In this document: positions 33,018 to 41,179 of the stretch, in pieces
How the letters are laid out: every line of letters starts with the position of its first letter
Numbering within the stretch: the stretch's first letter is position 1
Origin: a virus
DNA: 64,000 bases
Direction: 5' to 3' (one strand)
IMG/VR virus record: IMGVR_UViG_3300045988_095842
Position numbers and translations under genes: made by a program
The notes under the pieces: generated by a model
Seen by the model: only the letters and a program-made list of their open reading frames with translations
Told to the model about the DNA's origin: nothing
Databases searched by the model: none

Positions 33018-34046
33018 TCAGATACCAGGGATGATCATCAGGGACATCGGATAGTAAATCACCGCTCCTGCATGTCTCTCCTCGCAGGGAACCTCGATCT
33101 CAAGTCCCTTCGGCTGTGCAGTGTACTGATAGAACTGCATCGGAACCTCGATTGTGAACTTCCTGGGATCCTTCTTGTACAGAAGACCAACGTTCTTCTT
33201 GTACGGATTCGTTGTAACCGATCCAGCTTCCAGCTCATTTGCCTTGTCGAAGGTAAGATCCGGGAAAGCATCCTTGATGTACTGCCAGAGCGTGGTAGCC
33301 GTGCCTTCAATTCTCTTCGAAGAGAGATTGATAATGACGGACGGAGGAAGGAGCAGTGTGTCCGGAACCTCAACATTCTGCGTGGTCGTTGCCATCAGGC
33401 TGAGTGCACCGCTGATATCTGCTACGATCTCGTCTGCGGTCTTCTTGTTCCATGCAGTCGAAGATCCATCTGCAGCAGCCTTTCCTGCGGTGAATACCGG
33501 AATGTTGTTCGTATCCGTAAGGACGCCCATCAGTCCAGCATCCTTATCTCCAGCCCATGCGATTTCGTTTGCCTTACGGTCAATCGCATACTTGGCAGCC
33601 TCGCCTCTTCTGGTATCCAGAGACTTGCCTGCCATTCTGGATGCTCGCATGTCCTGCATGGAGTAGCCGTAAGAGTCACCAATGGACTTGATATTCGAAG
33701 TGGTGGGCTTGCCCTTTACATCAGCTCTCGGAAGATCGGTTGCGTAGTTCGAAATAATCTTTGCAAAGCCGGTCTTCTCGAAGCTGTAGTAGGTGATCGA
33801 CTCTGCACCAGGATTAACCTCGTGAGAAATCGGGAAGTGCTTTTCAGCAGTGAACTCCGGATGCAGAACGTCATAGGTCTCTGCCTTTACAAAATCCAGT
33901 TCTCTTGCGAAGAAGATAGATGCGTCCTCCGCAGAATCAAAGCGGAGAGAATCACCGACAAGTCCTTTCGGGATGCTGGAATTCATAATTGCCTTTGCAT
34001 CAGCCTCATCGTAAGACTGAGACGGCATGTTCGGGTTATATTTCAT
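33018..34046 (-). CDS. Major capsid protein (DUF2184-type, HK97 fold)
   Basis: ELDFVKAETYDVLHPEF..ITYYSFEKTGFAKIISNYATDLPRADV..SYGYSMQDMRAS..LDTRRGEAAKYAID pattern; synteny. Confidence 0.8.
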   Translation of the reverse strand: MKYNPNMPSQSYDEADAKAIMNSSIPKGLVGDSLRFDSAEDASIFFARELDFVKAETYDVLHPEFTAEKHFPISHEVNPGAESITYYSFEKTGFAKIISNYATDLPRADVKGKPTTSNIKSIGDSYGYSMQDMRASRMAGKSLDTRRGEAAKYAIDRKANEIAWAGDKDAGLMGVLTDTNNIPVFTAGKAAADGSSTAWNKKTADEIVADISGALSLMATTTQNVEVPDTLLLPPSVIINLSSKRIEGTATTLWQYIKDAFPDLTFDKANELEAGSVTTNPYKKNVGLLYKKDPRKFTIEVPMQFYQYTAQPKGLEIEVPCEERHAGAVIYYPMSLMIIPGI

Positions 34047-34069
34047 TTCGTATTACCTCCTCTATTACC

Positions 34070-34579
34070 TTAGTTTTCTCCGGATGCCTTTGCCGCAGCC
34101 GCTGCCGCTTCTGCGTTGTACAGAAGGACAGGAGCAATGCCATCCTCGGAAACACCAATAAATCTTCCTGCAATGGCGATATTGCCCGATTCTGCGTTCG
34201 TGAGCAGTCCTGCCTTATCTCCCGTTGCAATGACGTAGGGCTTGTCGTTGACGGCAATGGTTACAGTATCATCTACTCTCGCCCATACCTTGCCGGTACG
34301 AAGAACAGAGAATGCCTCGCCCTTGTCAATCACAACGGCGCCCTTGTTGTCCATCTCGTGAGCCTTGCTTACTACAATGCCCTCGATGAAGTCGGATGCC
34401 GCCGCTGGAACCTTCACACCGGTTCCAGCAGAAGTGCCGGCCGCAACTGCCATGCCGAACTTGATCTTTCCAGACTCAGCCTCAGAGACCCTGGTGTTGC
34501 ACTCATAAGGGCTGATATCAAAAAGGCCGCCCGGAACTCCGGACGGCGTAGCGTAACCATATTTCATCTGTGCTGCCAT
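34070..34579 (-). CDS. Head decoration/cement-like protein (DUF2190-like)
   Basis: 169 aa between scaffold and MCP; beta-rich with Ala-rich tail. Confidence 0.55.
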   Translation of the reverse strand: MAAQMKYGYATPSGVPGGLFDISPYECNTRVSEAESGKIKFGMAVAAGTSAGTGVKVPAAASDFIEGIVVSKAHEMDNKGAVVIDKGEAFSVLRTGKVWARVDDTVTIAVNDKPYVIATGDKAGLLTNAESGNIAIAGRFIGVSEDGIAPVLLYNAEAAAAAAKASGEN

Positions 34580-35856
34580 TACTGATTACCTCCTTCTCTT
34601 GCAATCATTCTTTCTCTCGCTGCCTGTGCAGCAGTAAGTCCAATGGGGCGAGAATCTGCTGAATCGTGATTCAGCTTTCCAGCCATCTGCATGCGCTGGT
34701 AGTTCACGTCCTTCTTTCCAGGAACCGAGTTTTCAACTGCATACTGGAATGCATAGTTGATATATCCCTTGGACTTTCCATCAAGACGAACGTTCGGATT
34801 AACCTTTTTGATAACTCTCTTCTTGATCTCAAGGTTTGAAAGATTATCAACATCGTCCAGATTCAGACGATCCGCAATTCTGAGGATAGATACTCTCTCT
34901 CGGATTCTCTTATCTACAGAGTCCGCATTCATTGCCTCCTTGTCATCGGTGTCGTCATCTCCATCCTTGTTTTCCTTGGAAAGATCATTCTTTGCCTGGA
35001 TCTCATCAATGGAATCCAGAAGTGTCTGAATATCCTTATCCTGCTCGTCAAGCTTCTTGGTTGCCTCTTCCAGAGTCTTCGGATCTTCATCCGCATCTTT
35101 CCTGTCTCTGCGATCTCTGACCATCTTGATCTTGTCTTCCGGAGTCTCAGGATTATCTCCATCCTTGTTTTCCTTCTGATCATCAAGGCCAGTCTGATCA
35201 TCTCCGTCCTGCTCCTGCAGCCCCTTGATACCCTTTGCATACTCATCAGGGCTGATCGGCTCACCATCTTTTCGGGTGTGTCTCATTGCATGTCCTCCTT
35301 TTGCTAATGTGTTTGCGTCTCTATCTTTACCGTCGATGTTCAGACGGGCACTGTCTCCCGCCCTCGCTTCGGCGACTAAAGCCAAGTGATTGATGCGGAT
35401 ATTTCTCTGTATCGCATCGTAGTGTTCTCCCTGGTATTCTCCGGGCGTATTATCAATGTCGAGGTTGTATCCAAGTGACAGTTCTTTCAGGCCGCTTTCC
35501 TTCATGCTGTCGACATCATGGATAACAATCTTTGCCCTCACTGACTCACCATCCTGATATCCAGGTTCCAGGATGGTTCCGATTTCCTCGTCCGTTACAT
35601 TTTCCGTATTCACATATCCGGCATCGTGCGTCACAATCACAGGTTTTCCTGCATAGGAAGCCAGGGAATCCGGATTAAATACCTCATCCGGCGGTCTGAA
35701 CTCTCTTCTGACGGATCCATCTGGATTGTGATACTCAAATATGCCAATCCTGGTCACGATCGGATGATCAATCAGATATCCCTCTTTCGTGAAATAGGTC
35801 AGATCATTGGCATCCAACCGGATCACGTCCGTTCGGCGTAAATTCTTGATTTTCAT
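34579..35856 (-). CDS. Prohead protease/scaffold protein (DUF2213-like); start at ATG 35856
   Basis: GIFEYHNPDGSVRREFRPPDEVF..GKPVIVTHD..ELSLGYN..INHLALV pattern; acidic C-terminal half; RBS GGAGG. Confidence 0.7.
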   Translation of the reverse strand: MKIKNLRRTDVIRLDANDLTYFTKEGYLIDHPIVTRIGIFEYHNPDGSVRREFRPPDEVFNPDSLASYAGKPVIVTHDAGYVNTENVTDEEIGTILEPGYQDGESVRAKIVIHDVDSMKESGLKELSLGYNLDIDNTPGEYQGEHYDAIQRNIRINHLALVAEARAGDSARLNIDGKDRDANTLAKGGHAMRHTRKDGEPISPDEYAKGIKGLQEQDGDDQTGLDDQKENKDGDNPETPEDKIKMVRDRRDRKDADEDPKTLEEATKKLDEQDKDIQTLLDSIDEIQAKNDLSKENKDGDDDTDDKEAMNADSVDKRIRERVSILRIADRLNLDDVDNLSNLEIKKRVIKKVNPNVRLDGKSKGYINYAFQYAVENSVPGKKDVNYQRMQMAGKLNHDSADSRPIGLTAAQAARERMIAREGGNQ

Positions 35857-35880
35857 CTTTCCTCCATCAAAAATTGCAAC

Positions 35881-35918
35881 AAAAAAAGAGCCTGAACACA
35901 TTTCTGTGTCTAAGCTCT
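35881..35918 (-). terminator. Rho-independent terminator upstream of scaffold gene
   Basis: AGAGCTTAGACACA-GAAA-TGTGTTCAGGCTCT (2 mismatches) followed by T7 on minus strand. Confidence 0.6.
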
Positions 35919-36053
35919 TTTTCGAATGCCCTATGTACTCGTGGTACATGGGCGATAGCAGAAAACGCCACTGACCACAAAGATCAGTGACGTTCCAGAA
36001 CATCAACCTGCAACCTGGCAGGCGATTACCATATTAATTATCTCGGAATCTCG

Positions 36054-36368
36054 TTATTCGTCATCTTCGTCATCTTCATCTTCCATAGCTTCTCTTGCCG
36101 GCCAATTCGGATGCTCCTTCTCCAGCTTCTCCAGTTCTTCATCTGATGCTCGGAATTTCGCCCAGAAAGGATTCTCATCGTCAAAAATCCATTTCTGTTC
36201 AGGAGATAATTTTTCCGGATAATCCGGCCAGTAATTAAAAATGGTCTTTTTGTCAAAGCTGAACAACATCGGGCCTAATTCCCGGTTAATATTTCCATCT
36301 TCGTCAATTTCAAATTCGTCTACCCACCAAACTTTATCTCCGTCGTGCTCTTTATAAAAATCTAACAT
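36054..36368 (-). CDS. Acidic small protein, immunity-like position
   Basis: 104 aa ending EDEDDEDDE, immediately downstream of the polyvalent-type protein. Confidence 0.55.
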   Translation of the reverse strand: MLDFYKEHDGDKVWWVDEFEIDEDGNINRELGPMLFSFDKKTIFNYWPDYPEKLSPEQKWIFDDENPFWAKFRASDEELEKLEKEHPNWPAREAMEDEDDEDDE

Positions 36369-36428
36369 CTTCGTTCCCTCATCTCCCCTTGTCGCAGTAC
36401 CAAAATGACAGATCTTTTTAGAGAATAA

Positions 36429-37970
36429 CTAAGCAATATGACCTTCTCCACTCTTCCTTTCTTGCCCTTCGGCAGTATTCAAGTATCCAAGCAATTTCCG
36501 AAACTCATCGCTTTTCCCTAAAGACTCAATATCTACCATTCTTACAGTTTCTTTGTGGTCCATCACTTTATTTATTCTTTTGCTTTCACATTTGAAGCGC
36601 TCTCCTAATGTTTTCTTGATTGTGCCAAACTCTTTCATGGAATGCCATCCATTTTTATAAACTTTATGTTTATAAGTACCAGGTGACTGTAGCTCCAAAT
36701 ACATAGGCACTCCATTTTCTTTCTTAACGATCGCCGCATGTCTTCCTGCTGCTAATACATATTGCTTGCCTTCCTGCATTTTACCGAGCAATCGAATTGT
36801 TGCATCTTTTTCATTCCAATCCGACTCTTCTTGATACCCTTTTCCAAGTTTAAGGATAGCTTTGTTGTTATCCACCATTGCAAAAATATATCTGGATGTT
36901 CCACCTCTGAAATCTCGAACTTCAAATCCTGCTTTATTTCCAACATAGGCAAATGCTGTAGATGCGCAACTTCCTCCAGTTTTATCTCCTCCAGATATAA
37001 AATCTATGATTCCTTTCTCAGATATTGCGGACTCTCGCTTTTTTACCGGCCTGTTTTCAACCCCGTTCTCTTCCAGGTAGTGTCTAGCTATATTTTTCTG
37101 TTCCCAACCTTTACTCTCAGCATAACTGTTTGCAATCCCAAACGCCGCAGAATGATCGTTTCCGTGTGCCAGTTGTCCATCTTCATTTTTATATGCCCAA
37201 TATCCATTTTCAAGTTTGACATAAGCATGTCCTTTATCGTCTGTATAGATTGAACCAACGGGTAGACCGCCTATATTCTGGCTTGCACTTGCATGAACAT
37301 CATCAACATCTTTGCTTGAAGAAAACGCAGAATTCAGCTTTTCATTCTGATTGAGACCACTGTATTTACTTTCTGTAAAATCACTCTCGTGTCCGTTCTC
37401 GATTCGCGTCTGAACATCCTTGTTTGTGAACATGGACCCATTTTCAATACTCACCCATGTATCATCGTCCAATTTGATGAGATTCATCGGCTTGGCGCCA
37501 CCACTCCATGCTACTGTATCGCCTTTTTCTGCCTTTTCGACATCCTCCGGAGTAATTTTCCCGCTTTTCAGCGATTTTGTAAATGCAGATACCTTCGCTT
37601 CCTGCTTCTTTTCAGGCTCTTCCTTCTTTGCCGGTTCACTTCCGCCTACAACCGTCTTGTTCTTGTCTCTCTGTTTGTTCTCTTTATATGCACCAACAAG
37701 GCCTGTGTATCCACCAGTTGGAGTTGTAAGACGATAGGCAGCACCTCCGCCCGCTCCAGAACCTCCTTTGATCCCAGGTCTCCCAGAATACCCCCAGTTG
37801 CCGGATCCAGGGCCTCCGTCCAGACGTTCCATGTACCACTTCTGTGCAGCCACAAGATCAGATGAATCCCCTTTGAATTCATTTTCTGCATATACTGCAT
37901 TCAGATCCAACGGCCATCCGTTCCGGTCATACCATTGTTTCTGCGCATCGACTAAATTCATTTCCATCAT
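36429..37970 (-). CDS. Polyvalent/MuF-cargo-type protein with GSGNWG-GRPG linker and C-terminal Cys/His domain
   Basis: GGPGSGNWGYSGRPGIKGGSG linker; C-terminal GGSCASTAFAY ... GRHAAIV; ATGA overlap with MuF gene. Confidence 0.6.
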   Translation of the reverse strand: MMEMNLVDAQKQWYDRNGWPLDLNAVYAENEFKGDSSDLVAAQKWYMERLDGGPGSGNWGYSGRPGIKGGSGAGGGAAYRLTTPTGGYTGLVGAYKENKQRDKNKTVVGGSEPAKKEEPEKKQEAKVSAFTKSLKSGKITPEDVEKAEKGDTVAWSGGAKPMNLIKLDDDTWVSIENGSMFTNKDVQTRIENGHESDFTESKYSGLNQNEKLNSAFSSSKDVDDVHASASQNIGGLPVGSIYTDDKGHAYVKLENGYWAYKNEDGQLAHGNDHSAAFGIANSYAESKGWEQKNIARHYLEENGVENRPVKKRESAISEKGIIDFISGGDKTGGSCASTAFAYVGNKAGFEVRDFRGGTSRYIFAMVDNNKAILKLGKGYQEESDWNEKDATIRLLGKMQEGKQYVLAAGRHAAIVKKENGVPMYLELQSPGTYKHKVYKNGWHSMKEFGTIKKTLGERFKCESKRINKVMDHKETVRMVDIESLGKSDEFRKLLGYLNTAEGQERKSGEGHIA

Positions 37971-38911
37971 TTGCTCCTATCATCGTCCTCAAGCGGAAGA
38001 TTAAGCGTGTCTTTATCAAAAACAGGGATTCCCACACATCTGCAATTAAAGTCTTCCCCAGGATTGCATCGTCTTCCGGTATTTACCCAATACCCTCCGT
38101 GCTTACTCTGCCTCCACTCCATAATCTCCGGAGGATTGTTGTATTCAAAAATCTTTCCGTCTAAGATCGAGTGCCCAGGTCGAACTCTCTCATCATCAGA
38201 TGTGCTCCACTTATATCTTGAAACGCCGGCATCCTCATGTTCTTTTCTTGTTATGTTCGCGCTCAGCTTTGCCATCTGATCCCTTGCTATGAATTTGGCG
38301 TGCCGCTTGCTCATACTGTAGTTCTGCTGAATTAAAGAACCGATATCCGATGCTGAAAGTCCTTTGCTGTATCCGTATTCAATGGTTTCCTTCATCTTTC
38401 CCAGCATGTCGTTCGGCACAGTTTTTATCAGATCGACATTATCGGAAACCCATTGTCTAAGTTCTTCCTCAAAGAAATCTCCGTTGTAATAGTCCTTTGA
38501 GAGATCCACGTTCAGGGTTTTCCTGACCATCCTTCTCCACTCTGAGATTTCTGTTTTCTTGGTGATCGCACCAATTTTAAAAAGCTGAGTCAACAGGCGT
38601 TGTGTGGCGCCCATCGTGCTCAGCTTCTCATTGATTCTGTCAAAAAAATCCGTAATAAAGGCATGCAGATCAAAAATGCCATCCATCCGGATCTCGTCAT
38701 TTAACTGTCTCCGGTATTCCTCTTTCAGTCCAGGCATTTCTTTTTCAATCACAAGCTTCACGGCCTTCATGTACTGATTGACTGCTCTGATATATTCTCT
38801 TTCAGCCGATTCCGGAAACCTGTGAGTGCTTTTTCCTACGATGCTTGAATTTGTGCCAAATTTGGCCTCCAGTTGACTTTTAACGCTTTCAGAGTAGAAA
38901 TACTTCTGCAT
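37967..38911 (-). CDS. Minor head protein, Mu F / SPP1 gp7-like
   Basis: SDDERVRPGHSILDGKIFEYNNPP and NCRC motifs; start set to ATG 38911 (RBS GAGGGGG). Confidence 0.75.
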   Translation of the reverse strand: MQKYFYSESVKSQLEAKFGTNSSIVGKSTHRFPESAEREYIRAVNQYMKAVKLVIEKEMPGLKEEYRRQLNDEIRMDGIFDLHAFITDFFDRINEKLSTMGATQRLLTQLFKIGAITKKTEISEWRRMVRKTLNVDLSKDYYNGDFFEEELRQWVSDNVDLIKTVPNDMLGKMKETIEYGYSKGLSASDIGSLIQQNYSMSKRHAKFIARDQMAKLSANITRKEHEDAGVSRYKWSTSDDERVRPGHSILDGKIFEYNNPPEIMEWRQSKHGGYWVNTGRRCNPGEDFNCRCVGIPVFDKDTLNLPLEDDDRSK

Positions 38912-39002
38912 CAGCATACCCCCTCTAAATGAGCCAATTTGGAACAAAATAAAGGAGCCTTCATATCAAGGCTCCTGGACTCTATCTTTCAATAGCTGTT
39001 TT

Positions 39003-39440
39003 TTACTTGTTTTTGCAGCGGAGAAGTCTTGCTTCTACTCTTTTATACTTCTCCACTCGTGCCAGATCCTTATCTGTCGGATTCTGGATTCTGGAAAGAT
39101 CCATGTTGTTATGAAGATCAGCCAGCTTCACATCGATTGCCAAAGGATTTGTGCAAACACGATCAATGTAGGAATCGTAGCTCTCACCTTTCCTGTGAGT
39201 CAGGCAATCAAGTGCATCCGCAATAGTGTTCCCGAACTCATTTCTGATGTCGTCATTGGTTACATTCGTATCCTCAACCGTGTCGTGTAACAACGCAAGG
39301 ATTTTTTCCTTTTCGTCCGTCACTTGCTTTGCGACCGCAATGGGATGCAGAATATAAGGACTTCCACCCTTGTCGTACTGTCCATCATGTGCTCTAACTG
39401 CCAACTGAAGTGCTTCATACTCTTTGTCGCCCATGGACAC
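39003..39440 (-). CDS. HD-domain small alarmone hydrolase (SAH)-like protein
   Basis: AHDGQYDKGGSPYILHPIAVA ... LLHDTVEDT, RelA/SpoT-hydrolase-type HD motifs. Confidence 0.7.
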   Translation of the reverse strand: MSMGDKEYEALQLAVRAHDGQYDKGGSPYILHPIAVAKQVTDEKEKILALLHDTVEDTNVTNDDIRNEFGNTIADALDCLTHRKGESYDSYIDRVCTNPLAIDVKLADLHNNMDLSRIQNPTDKDLARVEKYKRVEARLLRCKNK

Positions 39441-39452
39441 CTCCCTAGAAGA

Positions 39453-39689
39453 TTAAGAATTTGACGCCCGCTTCTCATCCAGCTCTTTCATGATTTTCTT
39501 GGCTTCACTCTCAGAAATATCCTGTGATGTGCACCACCCATTCATAACATCCTCTGCAAACCGGCTTTTTTGCCATTTCCCATTTCTACAATAAACTTCG
39601 CACACATCTACAAAGTCAAATTCCGGATCAATAGATGCTCTGTACAGATCAAACCCACAATCATCACATGTCTTGTAAATGTATTTCAT
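39453..39689 (-). CDS. small hypothetical protein (CDDC .. C..YC)
   Basis: Start ATG 39689 with RBS GGGAGG; between synthetase-like and hydrolase-like genes. Confidence 0.5.
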   Translation of the reverse strand: MKYIYKTCDDCGFDLYRASIDPEFDFVDVCEVYCRNGKWQKSRFAEDVMNGWCTSQDISESEAKKIMKELDEKRASNS

Positions 39690-39748
39690 GCCATCACCTC
39701 CCTGCAGCACTATAATATCGCGCCATTTCTAACATGTCAGCTTATTTG

Positions 39749-40372
39749 TTACTTCTTCCATGTCTTTACAGAAGAAATATCTTTTGGCATATCAAGTGTT
39801 GCGGAGATATCCTTCATTTCCAATTTGAGTGCATTCTTCAGCCGTCCGCTACTTTCTCTTGACACATCATACATAGGATGGATCGTCTCCTTTACCTTCA
39901 TCGACTGTTTGGAATGAATCTGAAGCTCAATCTGCTGTCCGGAAGGCGATACAGCACCAATGTGAACTCCTTTGTAATCTGAGCTCGGATTATTGTACTT
40001 ATTATCAACCTCATTGACGGTGTATCCTTTCTTTTTAAGCTGATCCACCGTGCTTTTCGTTGCAGCCGCGATATTGTTATGATCTGTGAGCTGTGTGTAT
40101 CTGACCAGATCACCCATGCTCTTTACTATCTGTTCATCAGATTCATTCGCATGTTCAGGATCAGCTTTCTTTCTCGCAATCTTGCTTGCTATAGATTTTC
40201 CTGTCTTCACAGAAAAGTCAAGTCCATACATCTCTGAGCCGCTCTGTCCTGCAATTTCAATCATGTCCTTTGAAATCTGCGGTTCCTTTGCTCTGATTGC
40301 ATCATATGCCGCCTGTGCTTCTTTGGATGCTCCAGGAATTGTATGATCCTTGGCTGCTGCGGTTGCTGTCAC
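39749..40372 (-). CDS. RelA/SpoT-type nucleotide pyrophosphokinase domain protein (small alarmone synthetase / toxSAS-like)
   Basis: KTGKSIASKIARK, GDLVRYTQL, DYKGVHIGAV, IELQIHSKQS..HPMY correspond to the synthetase-domain motif order; GTG start overlapping NUDIX stop. Confidence 0.6.
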   Translation of the reverse strand: MTATAAAKDHTIPGASKEAQAAYDAIRAKEPQISKDMIEIAGQSGSEMYGLDFSVKTGKSIASKIARKKADPEHANESDEQIVKSMGDLVRYTQLTDHNNIAAATKSTVDQLKKKGYTVNEVDNKYNNPSSDYKGVHIGAVSPSGQQIELQIHSKQSMKVKETIHPMYDVSRESSGRLKNALKLEMKDISATLDMPKDISSVKTWKK

Positions 40373-40869
40373 CGGCTGTTTTCCTTCTGCAACTGCTTTA
40401 GAAGCCTTGTCCCAGGTCTCCCAGAATGCCCCCAGTTACCGGAACCGGCTCCTCCATCCGCTCTTCCTTTGATGCAATCTTCCAGAAGGGAAATCGAATC
40501 ATCAAATGCCGGATACAGAAGACCACCTCTCTGCTCCAGATCAGAAATATCGTTGAATCCGAAATACTCATCCACCATTTCAGTTCCGTCTGCCTTTGGC
40601 TCTCCCTCAAAATCTGTGCAGAGAAAGACCATGGTAGGAAGATATTCTCCCTCAGGACTCTTCAAACATCCGATCATCTTCAGATCTTTTGGAGTAACAC
40701 CAAATTCCTCTCTGGTCTCTCTGATCGCTGCATCCATTGGATCCTCATCTTTTTCAACATGTCCACCAGGACCGCAGATCTCTCCGGTATCTGAACGAAG
40801 TCCGCACAGAAACTTCCCGTCTTTAACCACTAAAACTCCAACTCCATACGGAATATCGTTTTTGTTCAT
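40369..40869 (-). CDS. NUDIX hydrolase with C-terminal GSGNWGHSGRPG linker motif
   Basis: Exact Nudix box GHVEKDEDPMDAAIRETREEFGV; start set to ATG 40869 (MNKNDIPYGVGVLV). Confidence 0.75.
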   Translation of the reverse strand: MNKNDIPYGVGVLVVKDGKFLCGLRSDTGEICGPGGHVEKDEDPMDAAIRETREEFGVTPKDLKMIGCLKSPEGEYLPTMVFLCTDFEGEPKADGTEMVDEYFGFNDISDLEQRGGLLYPAFDDSISLLEDCIKGRADGGAGSGNWGHSGRPGTRLLKQLQKENSR

Positions 40870-40942
40870 GCTCTGCCCTTTCTTTTTTGCATCAAAAAAG
40901 GACTCAGGCTTTCGCCCAAGTCCTCTCAAAATCTAAATATCT

Positions 40943-41179
40943 TTATACTCCCATCAATTCGGAGTACTTCATATCTGCAATGCTTTCTGCAATTTTGCAT
41001 TTCTCAGAAATATCATCGATAGCATTTCCGGATTCGTCCACCAGCTCATCAGCAGAAATCATGAAGCTTTCCTCACGAATATGGAACCAATCCACCTTAC
41101 TGACATCCTTCAGGTCTTCTTTTGTCTTGTGAAAATTGTCCCATATAAACTTTAACTGCTTTTCCGACAGGTCTTTCAT
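40943..41179 (-). CDS. hypothetical protein
   Basis: 78-aa ORF following portal gene. Confidence 0.55.
   Translation of the reverse strand: MKDLSEKQLKFIWDNFHKTKEDLKDVSKVDWFHIREESFMISADELVDESGNAIDDISEKCKIAESIADMKYSELMGV

Noticed and set aside
40372-40440. Possible frameshift fusion of the NUDIX ORF with the RelA/SpoT-like ORF (the downstream frame stays open upstream of its GTG start)
   Set aside because: There is no slippery site, the GTG/TGA overlap is a normal coupling arrangement, and neither alternative frame restores the usual GRPG-x-x-GGS continuation. A fusion is not supported by the sequence alone.
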